Below, piece by piece: positions 46,318-57,471 of a stretch of DNA of 64,000 nucleotides (position 1 is its first letter; each line of letters begins with the position of its first letter). Made by a program: the position numbers and the translations under genes. Source of the stretch: Butyrivibrio sp. (lineage in GTDB: Bacteria > Bacillota > Clostridia > Lachnospirales > Lachnospiraceae); the NCBI GenBank assembly GCA_017615275.1, contig JAGAAO010000024.1, forward strand, positions 4,172 through 68,171, given 5' to 3'. The notes beneath the pieces were generated by a model. The model was not told the DNA's origin. It saw only the letters and a program-made list of their open reading frames with translations, and searched no databases.

Positions 46318-48135
46318 TTATCTGAAGCTGTAAACGAATATTTTGTACGGAGACTCAAAACCCTCATATTCATTGCACAGAGCAAGTCCCGCGTCGTCAA
46401 TATTTTCAATCTCAATTCGGGAAAAAATAAATTTGCATCCCATCTTCTTAAGTTCTTCGGAATCTATATAAATATTATTATCCGTAACTCCATACATGCT
46501 CTTCGTCGCCATGACTATCGAATCATCGGTTCCCGAGTACAGATAACACCTTGCTCCCCACTCATCAAAATATATCTTGGAACTCTCTTTTCTTTCAAGC
46601 GCAGGTGCAATAACTTTCCTAAACTCCTCCTTATAGCTTTGAGGATAAAAACCAAGATATCCGTCAAGCGTCGCTATACCGTCATATTCAAGAATTGCCG
46701 GATGCATGCCGTACGCAGCGCACCACTCACCTTCCTTGTAATCTATATCTTTTTTTATTGCATCAAACAATTCTTTGGAATAAAACTCTCTAAAGTTGAG
46801 ATCATCGTTTTCGTTCCCGTAAATCTTGTATCTTGCTGTGTGATAGAGCGTATTGTAAAGATCGTTATATCTTGTCGGAACAGCAATCGCCACAAAGACA
46901 GCTGCAGCAATGATCACGTAAGATGCAAATCCCTTAAGTGCCCTTACCTTGTATAACCTGTAAGCTATGATAAGGAGCATCGAACACCATATAAAAGGGC
47001 TGAAAAAGATCGTTCTGTTAAACTGAAATCCTTTGAGCTGCGGCACGATCGCAGCAACAACATCATTGACTTCCTTTATGAAATACAAGCCGTAGACAAC
47101 AGTGTTAAATACTAGCACCATCGCGCATAGGTTATATACATCGGTAAATATACCTCTGAAATTTTTTTTACAAATATATCCGATATTCAAAAAAGCCAGG
47201 TACAACAGACACACGGGCATAACAAAATACTTGTGGCAATCATCCGCGTGCATCATGCCGTTTACAAAAACGTCTCCCATAAGCCCCGGAAGCTCAGATC
47301 CCGATACATAGCTCTGTATCATGGTGTCCCTTATCGTAACGACATCTGAAAAAAGCATCATTCCAAACAGCCTGTATTCAAAGACAACATAGCCAGCGCC
47401 CAACGCCAAAAGTCCAAGAATAAGCCCTGCGCTTGGCTTTTTATCTTTTATCCACATTGCAATGACGCCTATAAAAACATATCCGAGAATAAAGAATCCG
47501 AAATATGAAAAATACGAGACAAAAGGATAACAAAAGATCAGAAGCAGATACTTTGCCATCGCAGTTTTCTTATTGCCGAAGCTCTTTTCCGCAAGGTAGG
47601 TTCTCCTAAACAGGTAGACGATAAGAGGAATCGAAGAAAAAGAAATCCCAAATGCAGGAAAGAGATTCAGAACTCCGTATAAGAATCCCGTTCCGATTGC
47701 AAGGTTCAGCTCTCCCGCATATTCTTCTTTCAGACAGAATCTCACCCTGTCCGAGAATTTCCCGTCACCGCTGTATTCCTTCATTATCGTGCAATCAGCA
47801 AAAAGCATCACAAAAGAAAGAACCGCAATAACAATCTTAAAAATGTATCCAACTATATAAGCTGTAAAAGGTGGAAAAATCATATACAGAACTGTATATA
47901 ACGAAGCCTCGCTCGGAAGCACGTCCCTTGACACTCCGCCAAGGAACGGTGCACTTACTCCGTGCGAAAAAAATGTGCCGGTGTTTTTGAGCATCGCGAA
48001 CTGAGCAATGAAAAGATCCATATTGTCATGAATCGCAATATAGCTGTTTTCACCGATAACACAATAGATTATTGAAATTAGAAGTATAAAACACAAAACA
48101 GCGAGTAATCCAAAACGTTTCTTTAAAAGCTTCAT
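46318..48135 (-). CDS. Polytopic membrane protein, DUF6044-like putative GT-C transferase
   Basis: IHDNMD after TM1, many TM helices, GFQFNR and a C-terminal domain with TLDGYLGFYP. Confidence 0.65.
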   Translation of the reverse strand: MKLLKKRFGLLAVLCFILLISIIYCVIGENSYIAIHDNMDLFIAQFAMLKNTGTFFSHGVSAPFLGGVSRDVLPSEASLYTVLYMIFPPFTAYIVGYIFKIVIAVLSFVMLFADCTIMKEYSGDGKFSDRVRFCLKEEYAGELNLAIGTGFLYGVLNLFPAFGISFSSIPLIVYLFRRTYLAEKSFGNKKTAMAKYLLLIFCYPFVSYFSYFGFFILGYVFIGVIAMWIKDKKPSAGLILGLLALGAGYVVFEYRLFGMMLFSDVVTIRDTMIQSYVSGSELPGLMGDVFVNGMMHADDCHKYFVMPVCLLYLAFLNIGYICKKNFRGIFTDVYNLCAMVLVFNTVVYGLYFIKEVNDVVAAIVPQLKGFQFNRTIFFSPFIWCSMLLIIAYRLYKVRALKGFASYVIIAAAVFVAIAVPTRYNDLYNTLYHTARYKIYGNENDDLNFREFYSKELFDAIKKDIDYKEGEWCAAYGMHPAILEYDGIATLDGYLGFYPQSYKEEFRKVIAPALERKESSKIYFDEWGARCYLYSGTDDSIVMATKSMYGVTDNNIYIDSEELKKMGCKFIFSRIEIENIDDAGLALCNEYEGFESPYKIFVYSFR

Positions 48136-48153
48136 TCGAATAAACTTCCTGTC

Positions 48154-49173
48154 TTACTTAATGTTGTCGTCCGCGTTGTTCTTATTTCCTATTTTCATTC
48201 TCTCGTGACCGCCAAGCTTGTTTGCTGCTTCCTGATCACCTCTTAGTATTGCGTTTACGATCTGCATACGGAAACCTGCATCAATAAAGTCGCAATGCTT
48301 ACAGAACGGATAATTCTGTCTTCCTTCTGCAATCTTCTTTCTTACAGCCTGGAACTGAGGATTGCCCCACGCTTCCTTGAGACTCATCTTGGTAAGATCA
48401 CCGAAATCGGTTGTCTCAAAGTTATCACAGCAGCAAAGTCCCATCTTGCCGTTTGGCATAATCCACATATCGGTAAACGGAAGAAGACATGTCTCTGTAA
48501 TAATCTTCTCCGTAGCTTTCTTATTGGGAGCACTTCCCGCCCTGTTCGTAAGAACCTCCTGAAGATATCTCATCTGAATCTGAATATCAAGATCCTTGAA
48601 CTCATCGGGATGAGCCTTAACATAATCATACAGCTCCTGCACATTATCATGAAGTTTCATCTCCATTGAATAGTTGTTGATAATGAGCTGATTAATATAG
48701 GGTGCAACCTCTTTTACCTTATCTATCGTGAGAATAAGTCCGTTGGTAGACATAAAGATAAAGCTGTCAGGAAGCTTCTCCCTTGCATACTTATGTCTCT
48801 CAACAATCTTGGTATCAAGAAGAGGCTCATTATTTCCATAAAGAGTAAGATGTCCCTTGTAGCCCCAATCAGCAAGCTGATCGATTATGCTCTTGTAAAG
48901 ATCGTCGTCAATCTTGGCAAGAGGTCTGCACTCCGCATGAACATTGGCTGTACAGAACGCACAAGTAGAATTACATCTGTTGATTGTCTCAATATTTACT
49001 ACATTGGGCATAGGAACTTCCTCAGAATTAAGGAAGTAATCACAATATGCCTTCTGTGATTTTCTTCTTGTAAAAAACTGCAGCTTAAGGTAAGCATTAC
49101 TTGCAAGCATAGGGAAATGCTTTCTTGCAAACCATCCAAACTTTCCCATAAAACTGTTTACTCGTATAGGCAT
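48154..49173 (-). CDS. Radical SAM enzyme with a SPASM/twitch auxiliary cluster domain
   Basis: CNSTCAFC (CxxxCxxC), NNEPLL, STNG, CLLPF...GLCCCD and CKHC. Confidence 0.9.
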   Translation of the reverse strand: MPIRVNSFMGKFGWFARKHFPMLASNAYLKLQFFTRRKSQKAYCDYFLNSEEVPMPNVVNIETINRCNSTCAFCTANVHAECRPLAKIDDDLYKSIIDQLADWGYKGHLTLYGNNEPLLDTKIVERHKYAREKLPDSFIFMSTNGLILTIDKVKEVAPYINQLIINNYSMEMKLHDNVQELYDYVKAHPDEFKDLDIQIQMRYLQEVLTNRAGSAPNKKATEKIITETCLLPFTDMWIMPNGKMGLCCCDNFETTDFGDLTKMSLKEAWGNPQFQAVRKKIAEGRQNYPFCKHCDFIDAGFRMQIVNAILRGDQEAANKLGGHERMKIGNKNNADDNIK

Positions 49174-49200
49174 CGATAATCTCCTCTGCTAATTCACTGA

Positions 49201-50820
49201 TCATTCAGCTTTTTTCTCATAAAGATAATAGGTAAGCTCTATGTCAGGAGCGACATATTCCTCCTCCATGACAAGATCGTAATCCGATACACCCTCTGCC
49301 TCCGATCCGACAGAAATTACGAAATCCGCAATTTTGTCATGAGTGTATTTCTTCTGCTCTTCCAAAACCTCTTCCATATTTAAGGTCTGAGTCTGGTAAT
49401 AGTAGCAGATAGGTACGGTATCGGTCACAGTATAAAGCCCCGCATCAAAACCGTTGACGTTTATGATCTTGGGATTCTCAATTCCACTCTGCAAAATGTA
49501 ATCGCGGAAATGAAAAAGCCAAAGCTTATCTGCCGTAAGTTTCATAGCCTGAACATTTGGTGATATAAAATACTCACCTATTCCCGTAAGAACAAGTGCC
49601 AGAATCACCAGCACACGAAGTGATTTTGTAAGTTCTTCTTTGAAATCACCACGCGTTATAAGACGATACACTCCCTCACACATATAACCTACAGGAACAG
49701 CTCCAAATACCACAAATCCATTTATCGGAAACGGATAATATGTTATGCTGACTCCTCCGATAAAGATCACAAGGATGAGGAAAGCCAAAAGCATTGCTAT
49801 ATTGACATATTCCATAACACTGAGCGGAATTACAACTATATCTCTTTTAATCAGCTTGTATTTATCTTCCGGAATAAAAGAAAACACAAGTGCCACAGTA
49901 AAGTATAACGCACCTAAAAAAATAGTCAAATAAACGATTTTATTGTCGTACATGTGGTCCGTCATGATGTCGTATATCTTGTAGAATCTCTCGGAAAGCC
50001 CAAGACTCTTTGAGTACTCAAATACATTTTTATATACGTAAACATAGAACCAATAATATATCGAATTATTTATTCCAAAATAGATAAGCCCCGGAATAAA
50101 TGTCGCCGCCATTCCCGAAAGAAACACCAAGCAGCTTACAAAAGCTTTTTTAACCGCTTTGGCTCCTATGATATCTCCAAAGAATACCATCGCCATCCAT
50201 GCAAAGAAAAATCCAAGCGAGTTAAACTTAATATGAAATACACATCCCGCAAACAAACCTCCTAAAAGCACGTACTTATATCTCATTGCTTCCGGATATG
50301 TGTACCTAAAATGTCTAAGCGAAATGAACATTCCCCACATAATAAACGGGAAAAGAAATTCCTCCGCGCTTCCGCCCCACCAAAAGCACTTAGAAGTATA
50401 AATTATCATTCCCACAACAGGAGTAAGCACATACGGTCCCGTGATTGAACGAAGATACATCTGAAGTATCCTGAACACGGCGCAAAGCGCAATCGTACAT
50501 GCGATAATCTCCATAACGTATACGCCTATAAACGTTGTCCTTGATATCAGGGATGCAATCGCATATATGCTGTACAAAAAGATTCCTTTCTGATCAAAAA
50601 GATCTCTGTACGGCACATATCCCATGAACATGCACTTTCCCATTGTAAAATAACTGTTTGCGTCATCCCATAAATTAAAAGCATACAAGAAAGATGACTT
50701 TGAGCAGATCGTCATTATTACGATCGATGTGAGCAGACACCAGGAAAACACCATGAATCTGCCTATTTTTTCTTCAGGAGCATTATATTTTTTTGAGTTT
50801 ATGTATGTTAGTAAGTCCAA
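49201..50820 (-). CDS. ArnT/PMT-like GT-C glycosyltransferase
   Basis: WDDANSYFTMG...PYRDLFDQKG and SAEEF; about 13 TM helices; start codon uncertain. Confidence 0.7.
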   Translation of the reverse strand: MDLLTYINSKKYNAPEEKIGRFMVFSWCLLTSIVIMTICSKSSFLYAFNLWDDANSYFTMGKCMFMGYVPYRDLFDQKGIFLYSIYAIASLISRTTFIGVYVMEIIACTIALCAVFRILQMYLRSITGPYVLTPVVGMIIYTSKCFWWGGSAEEFLFPFIMWGMFISLRHFRYTYPEAMRYKYVLLGGLFAGCVFHIKFNSLGFFFAWMAMVFFGDIIGAKAVKKAFVSCLVFLSGMAATFIPGLIYFGINNSIYYWFYVYVYKNVFEYSKSLGLSERFYKIYDIMTDHMYDNKIVYLTIFLGALYFTVALVFSFIPEDKYKLIKRDIVVIPLSVMEYVNIAMLLAFLILVIFIGGVSITYYPFPINGFVVFGAVPVGYMCEGVYRLITRGDFKEELTKSLRVLVILALVLTGIGEYFISPNVQAMKLTADKLWLFHFRDYILQSGIENPKIINVNGFDAGLYTVTDTVPICYYYQTQTLNMEEVLEEQKKYTHDKIADFVISVGSEAEGVSDYDLVMEEEYVAPDIELTYYLYEKKAE

Positions 50821-52336
50821 GCAGCACCTTTAATCCACACGCAGCAAACGGAAGCTGATAAATATAGTATCTCATTGCATAGCGCGAGGACCCTTCCCAA
50901 AATTCGTGGAAAACCATTCCTCCGAATATCAACAGTAACATTAGCATCTCGGCATCAGAAACCTGCCTGTTTCTAAGAACTTTGATCAAATATGTAGCTA
51001 CACCCAGATAACACAGAGTCATAAAAACATTCATGACCCACTTTATAACAATACTTCCTGTTCCGAACACAAGGGAATTCCCCAAAGCAGACATTTCATG
51101 GTGCCTGCTGACAAGATCCAGATTACGGGTAGATATACACTCCGAATCAGCCCATTGTGTAAGGAACTTTCTCACAAAAAACTTTCCGCAATGAAGAGGT
51201 CTGTCTTTAAATTCCTGAAGCCTCTCCTTTATATTTTCCATAGCCGCCTTCTTGGTACGTTCCGTATCGTTATCATTAGCATGAAAGACGTCGTAATTAT
51301 ACTCGTTATACCAACCGTCTTCGCCTCCGTCATTGTCACGTTCCTGAAGCCCCATGGCTATATGCGATACGGAAGGACTTCCCTTTGGAATTTCCTCAAG
51401 TCCCGTAACGCTCTTATAATGATTGTTTACCGCAGTCTTTATACCAAAGACAAAAATGAGCATACACACTGCGATAAGTATCCGCTTTGACGGTTTTATA
51501 TTTTGCTCTTCATCTTTCGCTTTCAACCCATTTATCATTAAAAGCGTCATAAGAAGCGCTATAACCGCAATCTCACAGTTCGTCTTTATCATTACCGCAA
51601 CTGCTATCGAAAGTCCGGATCCAAGCCCATATCTCTGCTCACCGGTTTTCATAAACCTTATCATCAGATAAAGCGCAAGTGTCTGCGGAGCCATGCTGAG
51701 AATATCGCCGTAAATATAGGTCACATAGTTATAAAAAAACAGTACTCCCATAGATAAAAGCGACATTATCGCGCATATTTCTTCGTCATCAAAACATTCC
51801 TTGCATATCTTATCAAGAAGCCACATGGTAACAAATATTGATAACAGCTGGACAAGATCCCATGCAATATAGTTCTTGGTTCCAAATATCGCACTCATGC
51901 CCTCGCCAAACAATACATACCCAAGTTGAAAGGGCCATATGTACAGATACCCATCCTTATTCGTAAGCTCCGAATAATCACCGCCCACGAAACTGTTTAT
52001 GATATCATCCAACGTACCTGAATCATTAACAGGTAACGGTCTTATGGAAAATATCAGCATAAGACAATAAGCAAGGCAAAAGAAAAGTCCCAAGATCAAA
52101 AGCTTCTTTCTGTTCTTGGAAAAAACTTCTCTTTTTTTAAGCAGATATAACACAAATATCACCGCTGCCAAAAGCAAGATAAGAAGCGGAATATTCTCTT
52201 TTCTGTAATGCGGCCAGTCATTCTCCACACCCATATCATAAGAGATAGTCGTGAGTATGCTGCATCCAAGAACAAGCAAAGCTCCAATCAAAAGGCAAAC
52301 ACATATTGCCATATTAAAAACTTTTTTAAACTTCAC
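50783..52336 (-). CDS. Polytopic membrane protein, putative GT-C (GT39-like) transferase
   Basis: PVND, YLYIWPFQLG, YIYGD, IAMGLQE, GWYN and FWEGSSRY. Confidence 0.65.
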   Translation of the reverse strand: MKFKKVFNMAICVCLLIGALLVLGCSILTTISYDMGVENDWPHYRKENIPLLILLLAAVIFVLYLLKKREVFSKNRKKLLILGLFFCLAYCLMLIFSIRPLPVNDSGTLDDIINSFVGGDYSELTNKDGYLYIWPFQLGYVLFGEGMSAIFGTKNYIAWDLVQLLSIFVTMWLLDKICKECFDDEEICAIMSLLSMGVLFFYNYVTYIYGDILSMAPQTLALYLMIRFMKTGEQRYGLGSGLSIAVAVMIKTNCEIAVIALLMTLLMINGLKAKDEEQNIKPSKRILIAVCMLIFVFGIKTAVNNHYKSVTGLEEIPKGSPSVSHIAMGLQERDNDGGEDGWYNEYNYDVFHANDNDTERTKKAAMENIKERLQEFKDRPLHCGKFFVRKFLTQWADSECISTRNLDLVSRHHEMSALGNSLVFGTGSIVIKWVMNVFMTLCYLGVATYLIKVLRNRQVSDAEMLMLLLIFGGMVFHEFWEGSSRYAMRYYIYQLPFAACGLKVLLGLTNIHKLKKI

Positions 52337-53570
52337 TTATGTTGCTACCCCCTTTTAAAAAACTTACTATATCGGCGGTAACAAAAAGATATGAAGCCAC
52401 ATAAAACACTGAAATATGAGCTATATCAAATACATCTGAATGAAACAACGTCATGCCATACACTATCAGCGAACAGATATTTGCAACTGCTGCAAATGGC
52501 ACAATCTTTTTTCTCATCATGACTGAAAACGGTGTAAGTAGTAACAGCATCGCATAATCATATCTCTCGTGCATGCCCGGAAGAAGTATCAGACACGTCC
52601 ACGCTGTCCATATCGCAATGTAGATAACCGCACTTCTGTCTATATTCTCCCTGTATCTGTAACAGAAAACTGTAATAGTTGCCAATACCGCAAACAAGAT
52701 AACAACCGCAGCCGTCGAAAGAAGCTTGTCGTAATCGTCAAATCCCCAGTTGTATATGTTCGGGAAAAAAGAAACCATTCCGTAGCCCTCAGACTCAAGT
52801 TCCGCAGTCTGTTCAAGATACGCAAAATATGTCGCTCTAAGGCCATGCCCCGCAAGTACTTCGGGAAGTCCCGCGGTCAGATACACAGCAGGTATCCAAA
52901 AGAACTGAAGAACACTGAAACCTTTATTACTGTCAGTTTGAGGTTCTCCTGCATTGCTGCCCTTATAGCCGCCCAATATGTAGATAATAAGGTAAATCGG
53001 AAGAAATAGGATTGCCTGGAGCTTGAATGCAAAGGCAACCGAATACCAGATCAGGGAAGTCCTGTATTCCTGCTTAAGCAGCTTGTACACAGCTATTACC
53101 AAAAAGCAGGTATATACAGCATCAACCTGTTTCCAAAGTGCCCCGTTTAGAATTACGAAGGGCAGAAAGAGCGTCATAACTCCAGCAAAAACAGATTGTT
53201 TTTTTCTTCCTGTCAGATAATAGAAAATCTTATAGATAAAAAATGCTGAAATAAATTCACATATCACAGGGATAATGCTAAGCGGCACCCATGGCTCGCA
53301 TGGAAGAAGCGCACACAGAGCATATATCACATTGAAGGGTACATAGTAGTCACCGGGGGCATTGGACAATCCGTTTACAAAACCGTTCTCTCTGTAAAAA
53401 TCAACCCATTCTTTGTAGTAATCATTATAATCAGGAGAGAGCTCCGTATTCGGAGCAAGTTTATATCTGACAAATAAGGAGACTATGACAAGCACTCCGA
53501 GAACAATCCCGTATATATGCTTATCTATCAGTCTTCTAAAAAATTTATCCAATGCAATTTCCTTTTTCAT
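52326..53570 (-). CDS. GT-C glycosyltransferase (GT87/PIG-V-like mannosyltransferase type)
   Basis: DYNDY..W, GDYYVP, NGALWKQVDAVY, FKLQA and PGMHERY. Confidence 0.72.
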   Translation of the reverse strand: MKKEIALDKFFRRLIDKHIYGIVLGVLVIVSLFVRYKLAPNTELSPDYNDYYKEWVDFYRENGFVNGLSNAPGDYYVPFNVIYALCALLPCEPWVPLSIIPVICEFISAFFIYKIFYYLTGRKKQSVFAGVMTLFLPFVILNGALWKQVDAVYTCFLVIAVYKLLKQEYRTSLIWYSVAFAFKLQAILFLPIYLIIYILGGYKGSNAGEPQTDSNKGFSVLQFFWIPAVYLTAGLPEVLAGHGLRATYFAYLEQTAELESEGYGMVSFFPNIYNWGFDDYDKLLSTAAVVILFAVLATITVFCYRYRENIDRSAVIYIAIWTAWTCLILLPGMHERYDYAMLLLLTPFSVMMRKKIVPFAAVANICSLIVYGMTLFHSDVFDIAHISVFYVASYLFVTADIVSFLKGGSNISEV

Positions 53571-53593
53571 ATGCCTTTACCCCCGCAGGCAGA

Positions 53594-54922
53594 TCACTCA
53601 GGAAAATCGTACTTGATCTTATCCTCTACGTTTATGTCTTTTCCTACCTGCACCTCATTTATTACAAGCTTAGTCCTTGCGATAACAGTGTGCTTTTGTC
53701 CCGCTTTCATCGAAACCACATCGCCGGGACGCACTTCTATTTTTTCCCCATCAAGAATTACTGTTCCTTCTCCGCTCATCACAGTCCAGACCTCATCTCT
53801 GTATTCGTGGCTGTGATAATGAAGCCTGTGCTCCGGAAGAAGTTCTACCCTTATAACAAGGGAATCTTTCTGAACATCGGTAACCGTAAAGCTGCCCCAT
53901 GACTTCTCGGCGTATCTGATATGCTGAGTAAGTTTATCAACATACGGTTTGATGTAGCTTGACTGTGTCTTATCGGCAACAAGTATTCCGTCATTTGATG
54001 CCGCAACGATCATGTCTTTTAATCCCATTGCAATAATGGGAATATTTAGCTCATTAACAATATTGCTGTTCTCGCAAACATCGTCCATGTCGCCCTTGCC
54101 GATTATGCACTCGTGCATTTCCTCAGCAAAAGTATTCCAGGAGCCGATATCCTTCCACTCTCCCGAAAATCTTACGACACCTATGGACTTCTCATGCTCG
54201 CCCACAGCGTAGTCAAAACTTATCTTCTTACATTTATCGTAATTCTCGTACAGATCCTCATAGTCCTTAAAATCAATAAGCTCATGAGCTCTGTCGAGGA
54301 TATATCCAAGTTTAAAAGCAAATACTCCGCAGTTCCAGAGAGCTCCGTCCGCAATGTATTTCTCTGCGGTAGCGGCGTCAGGCTTTTCCTTAAACTCCGT
54401 TACTCTGCTGATCTTATCTTTATTCTCAGGCTGTATATAGCCGTATTTCTCACTGGGATATGTGGGAACAACACCCATAAGATTGAGATTGTAATCGCCC
54501 GAAGCGACCATCTTGTCGAGGTCTTTGAAACACTCAAAGTACCCGTCGTCAACGTACGGATCGACAGGGCAGATTATTACCGCCTCGTCTCTTTTTACAT
54601 TAAGCTTATCCGAAAGGTAAGAAGCCGCAAGAGCTATAGCGGGAAATGTATCCCTTCTTGTGGGCTCAACGCAGACACTGACCTTGTCGCCAAGCTGATT
54701 GTGGATAGCGGAAACCTGTGTCTTACTGGTCGCTATCGTTATATTTGCATTTTTATCTGTCTTTTTTATCTGGCGATAAACCCTTTGAACCATGGATTCA
54801 AGCTCGCCGTCTTCCTTCATGTCTTCCGGATGGAAAATCTTGATAAACTGCTTGGACCTTACATCATTTGAAAGAGGCCAAAGACGTTTTCCGCTTCCTC
54901 CCGACAACAAAACTATATTCAT
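53594..54922 (-). CDS. manC: Mannose-1-phosphate guanylyltransferase with a C-terminal cupin (isomerase-type) domain
   Basis: LLSGGSGKRLWPLS, VEP.RRDT, YGYI, FKEKP, WNCG, SFDY and WKDIGSW; cupin HSHEYRDEVW...H. Confidence 0.88.
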   Translation of the reverse strand: MNIVLLSGGSGKRLWPLSNDVRSKQFIKIFHPEDMKEDGELESMVQRVYRQIKKTDKNANITIATSKTQVSAIHNQLGDKVSVCVEPTRRDTFPAIALAASYLSDKLNVKRDEAVIICPVDPYVDDGYFECFKDLDKMVASGDYNLNLMGVVPTYPSEKYGYIQPENKDKISRVTEFKEKPDAATAEKYIADGALWNCGVFAFKLGYILDRAHELIDFKDYEDLYENYDKCKKISFDYAVGEHEKSIGVVRFSGEWKDIGSWNTFAEEMHECIIGKGDMDDVCENSNIVNELNIPIIAMGLKDMIVAASNDGILVADKTQSSYIKPYVDKLTQHIRYAEKSWGSFTVTDVQKDSLVIRVELLPEHRLHYHSHEYRDEVWTVMSGEGTVILDGEKIEVRPGDVVSMKAGQKHTVIARTKLVINEVQVGKDINVEDKIKYDFPE

Positions 54923-54941
54923 TTCATACCTCTGTAATTAA

Positions 54942-56078
54942 TCATTTAAAAGAATTCACGCAGGAAATTACTCTGTCCTGCTCCTGTCTTGTCATTCCCG
55001 TATAGATAGGGAGTGATATAACTTCCGATGCATAACGCTCTGTGATAGGCAAACTTCCCTTAGGCACCTTGAGATATTCATAAGCCTGCGCCATGTGAGG
55101 CGGTATGGGATAGTGAATAAGAGTCATGATACCGTTATCTTCAAGGAACTGCTTGAATCTGTCTCTTTCATCGAAAGCGTTCTTTCCGTTTTCACCCGCG
55201 CCTTCCGTGGGAACACGCAGTACAAACTGATGCCACACACAAGTAGCATTCTCTATACCTGTAGGCTTGATAACCTTAGGATTGTCTATTCCTGCTGCAT
55301 AGTAATTTGCAAGTTCTTCTCTCTCTTTTGTTATCTCATCCATGTGAGTGAGCTTAACTCTGAGAAGTCCTGCCTGAAGCTCGTCCAGTCTTGAGTTCGC
55401 ACCGACTACCATGTTGTAGTAACGCTTCTCACTTCCGTAGTTTCTGTATATCTTAACAAGTTTGGCAAGTTCGGGATCGTCTGTTGTAATAGCGCCGCCG
55501 TCTCCGTATGCGCCCATGTTCTTGGACGGGTAGAAAGAAAAGCATCCGATATCACCGAAAGATCCCGTCATCTTTCCGTCATAACATGCGCCGTGTGACT
55601 GAGCACAGTCCTCAACAAGCTTTAAGTTGTGCTTCTTGCAGATTGCGCAGATCTTCTCCATATTCGCAGCCTGACCGTAGAGATGAACAACCAGTATAGC
55701 CTTGGTCTTATCTGTTATCTTCTCTTCGATCTTGTCCGCATCTATCTGATAATGCTCATCAGGCTCAACAAATACGGGTGTAGCATCGTTAATGGTTATT
55801 CCCATTACGCTTGCAATATAAGTGTTGCCCTGAACGATAACTTCATCGCCCTTACCAATTCCGAGTACCCTAAAAGCAAGCCAGAGTGCATCCAGTCCGT
55901 TTGCCACGCCTACGGAATACTTTGTTCCGACATATGAAGCAAACTCCTCTTCGAATTTCTCGACTTCTTTTCCGAGAATATACCAACCCGAACGAAGCAC
56001 TTCAAGAGCCTTATCCTCGTATTCTTTCTGATATCTGAAAAAACCGCGGTCCATACGACCTTGCATTATCTTTTCCAT
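54942..56078 (-). CDS. fdtB: DegT/DnrJ PLP aminotransferase, FdtB/QdtB-like sugar 3-aminotransferase
   Basis: [34 protein letters not shown] (PLP Lys), NSRLDELQA and IHYPIPPH; near fdtA. Confidence 0.85.
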   Translation of the reverse strand: MEKIMQGRMDRGFFRYQKEYEDKALEVLRSGWYILGKEVEKFEEEFASYVGTKYSVGVANGLDALWLAFRVLGIGKGDEVIVQGNTYIASVMGITINDATPVFVEPDEHYQIDADKIEEKITDKTKAILVVHLYGQAANMEKICAICKKHNLKLVEDCAQSHGACYDGKMTGSFGDIGCFSFYPSKNMGAYGDGGAITTDDPELAKLVKIYRNYGSEKRYYNMVVGANSRLDELQAGLLRVKLTHMDEITKEREELANYYAAGIDNPKVIKPTGIENATCVWHQFVLRVPTEGAGENGKNAFDERDRFKQFLEDNGIMTLIHYPIPPHMAQAYEYLKVPKGSLPITERYASEVISLPIYTGMTRQEQDRVISCVNSFK

Positions 56079-56095
56079 GTTTTCACCTATTTGTC

Positions 56096-57028
56096 TTATT
56101 CTTTATCTTTCTTTTTTATTTCATCAATTATAAACGGAGGACGTTTTCTTGATTCCTCAAGAGCTCTCCAAATGTACTCTCCAAGAATGGAAAGCATTAT
56201 AAACATAAGTCCGAATCCAAAGAGCATTACGCACATGATAGAAGCGTATCCAAGCATAGGTGTTCCTACAGTAAGCTTCTCAGCAACAACCATAATGATA
56301 CCAACAAGTGATGCAAGTGCAAAAATAAATCCCATAGTAGCCATAGCTCTTATAGGGAAATATGAAAAGCTCATCATAGAATCAACAACAAGCTTAAACT
56401 TCTTAGCAAATGTCCAACGAGACTCTCCTACCTCTCTGTCTTTTCTATGGAAGTAGATTTTCTCTGTTTTAAATCCTACCCACATAACCTGGAGGGTAAG
56501 TGAAGAATTCTTTTCATCCATCATCTCAAGAACCTTAATGACCTGTCTGTCCACAAGATAGCAGTCACATCCGCCCTGAGGCATATCCTTGTTGATGGTC
56601 TTTCTTACAAGCCAGTAATAGCAACCCGCAAAAAACTTTTTGACAGGATTCTCATCTCTTGATCCTCTGATGGCAAGAACGACTTTATTGCCCTTCTTCC
56701 AGCTCTCATACATATCAAGGATAAGTGTGGAATCCTCCTGAAGATCCGCCTGCTTTGTAACGGCGCAGTCACCTGTACATACAGAAAGTCCCGCGAGGAG
56801 AGCCGCATGCTCACCGAAGTTTCTGGACAGCTTCGTGCATACTACATTGTCATCCTTGGCTGCGATCTTCTGAATAATCTCCCAGGAATTGTCTCCCGAT
56901 CCGTCATCCACGAAAACTATCTCGTAGTCTCCGATCTTGCCGAGGATCTTCTCCTTCATATCTTCATACAAAAGTTCAAGTGTGTCCGAGTTGTAATAAA
57001 CAGGGATCACGATGGAAATTTTACTCAT
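56096..57028 (-). CDS. GtrB/ArnC-like polyprenyl-phosphate glycosyltransferase
   Basis: SIVIPVY, VDDGSGD, LSRNFG, ADLQE, R.VGESRW, two TM helices and GEYIWR. Confidence 0.9.
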   Translation of the reverse strand: MSKISIVIPVYYNSDTLELLYEDMKEKILGKIGDYEIVFVDDGSGDNSWEIIQKIAAKDDNVVCTKLSRNFGEHAALLAGLSVCTGDCAVTKQADLQEDSTLILDMYESWKKGNKVVLAIRGSRDENPVKKFFAGCYYWLVRKTINKDMPQGGCDCYLVDRQVIKVLEMMDEKNSSLTLQVMWVGFKTEKIYFHRKDREVGESRWTFAKKFKLVVDSMMSFSYFPIRAMATMGFIFALASLVGIIMVVAEKLTVGTPMLGYASIMCVMLFGFGLMFIMLSILGEYIWRALEESRKRPPFIIDEIKKKDKE

Positions 57029-57039
57029 ATTCTTTTTCC

Positions 57040-57471
57040 TTATTCAACGTTTTCTCTAATTTCTTTGATGAATTCGTCATAATCTCTTATGTACTCATTC
57101 TCTATGTAATGCTCACTCGCAAGGCACAGAAGAACCGAGTCCGGAGAAAAATCATACATTTCCTTCCAGACCATAGGTCCAAGATAAAGTCCCATTCTCG
57201 GCTTGTCAAGAACGACGATCTCTCTTTTCTTGCCGTCATCAATAAGCACCTTGCTGCTGCCGCTGACATTGATCAGCACAAACTTGGTGTATCTGTTGGC
57301 ATGATTGCCTCTCTTGATATCTCTGTCTGAACCGTATATGTAAAAAACTCTTCTGATATCGAAAGGAATATCAAATCCCGAGCCCTCCGCAACGACAAGG
57401 TTACCCTTCTCATCACCGAACTCTTTAAATTCAAGAACCTTGTAGTTCTCGTCGAAATCACTCTTCATCAT
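57040..57471 (-). CDS. fdtA: FdtA/QdtA-like dTDP-4-keto-6-deoxyglucose 3,4-ketoisomerase (cupin)
   Basis: DEKGNL, PFDIRRVFYIY, RGNHA, WKEMYDFS, LLCLASEHY and EYIRDY. Confidence 0.87.
   Translation of the reverse strand: MMKSDFDENYKVLEFKEFGDEKGNLVVAEGSGFDIPFDIRRVFYIYGSDRDIKRGNHANRYTKFVLINVSGSSKVLIDDGKKREIVVLDKPRMGLYLGPMVWKEMYDFSPDSVLLCLASEHYIENEYIRDYDEFIKEIRENVE

Noticed and set aside
48154-49173. RiPP (ranthipeptide/sactipeptide) cluster
   Set aside because: No adjacent Cys-rich precursor, RRE domain, peptidase or peptide exporter; the context is all glycan genes.
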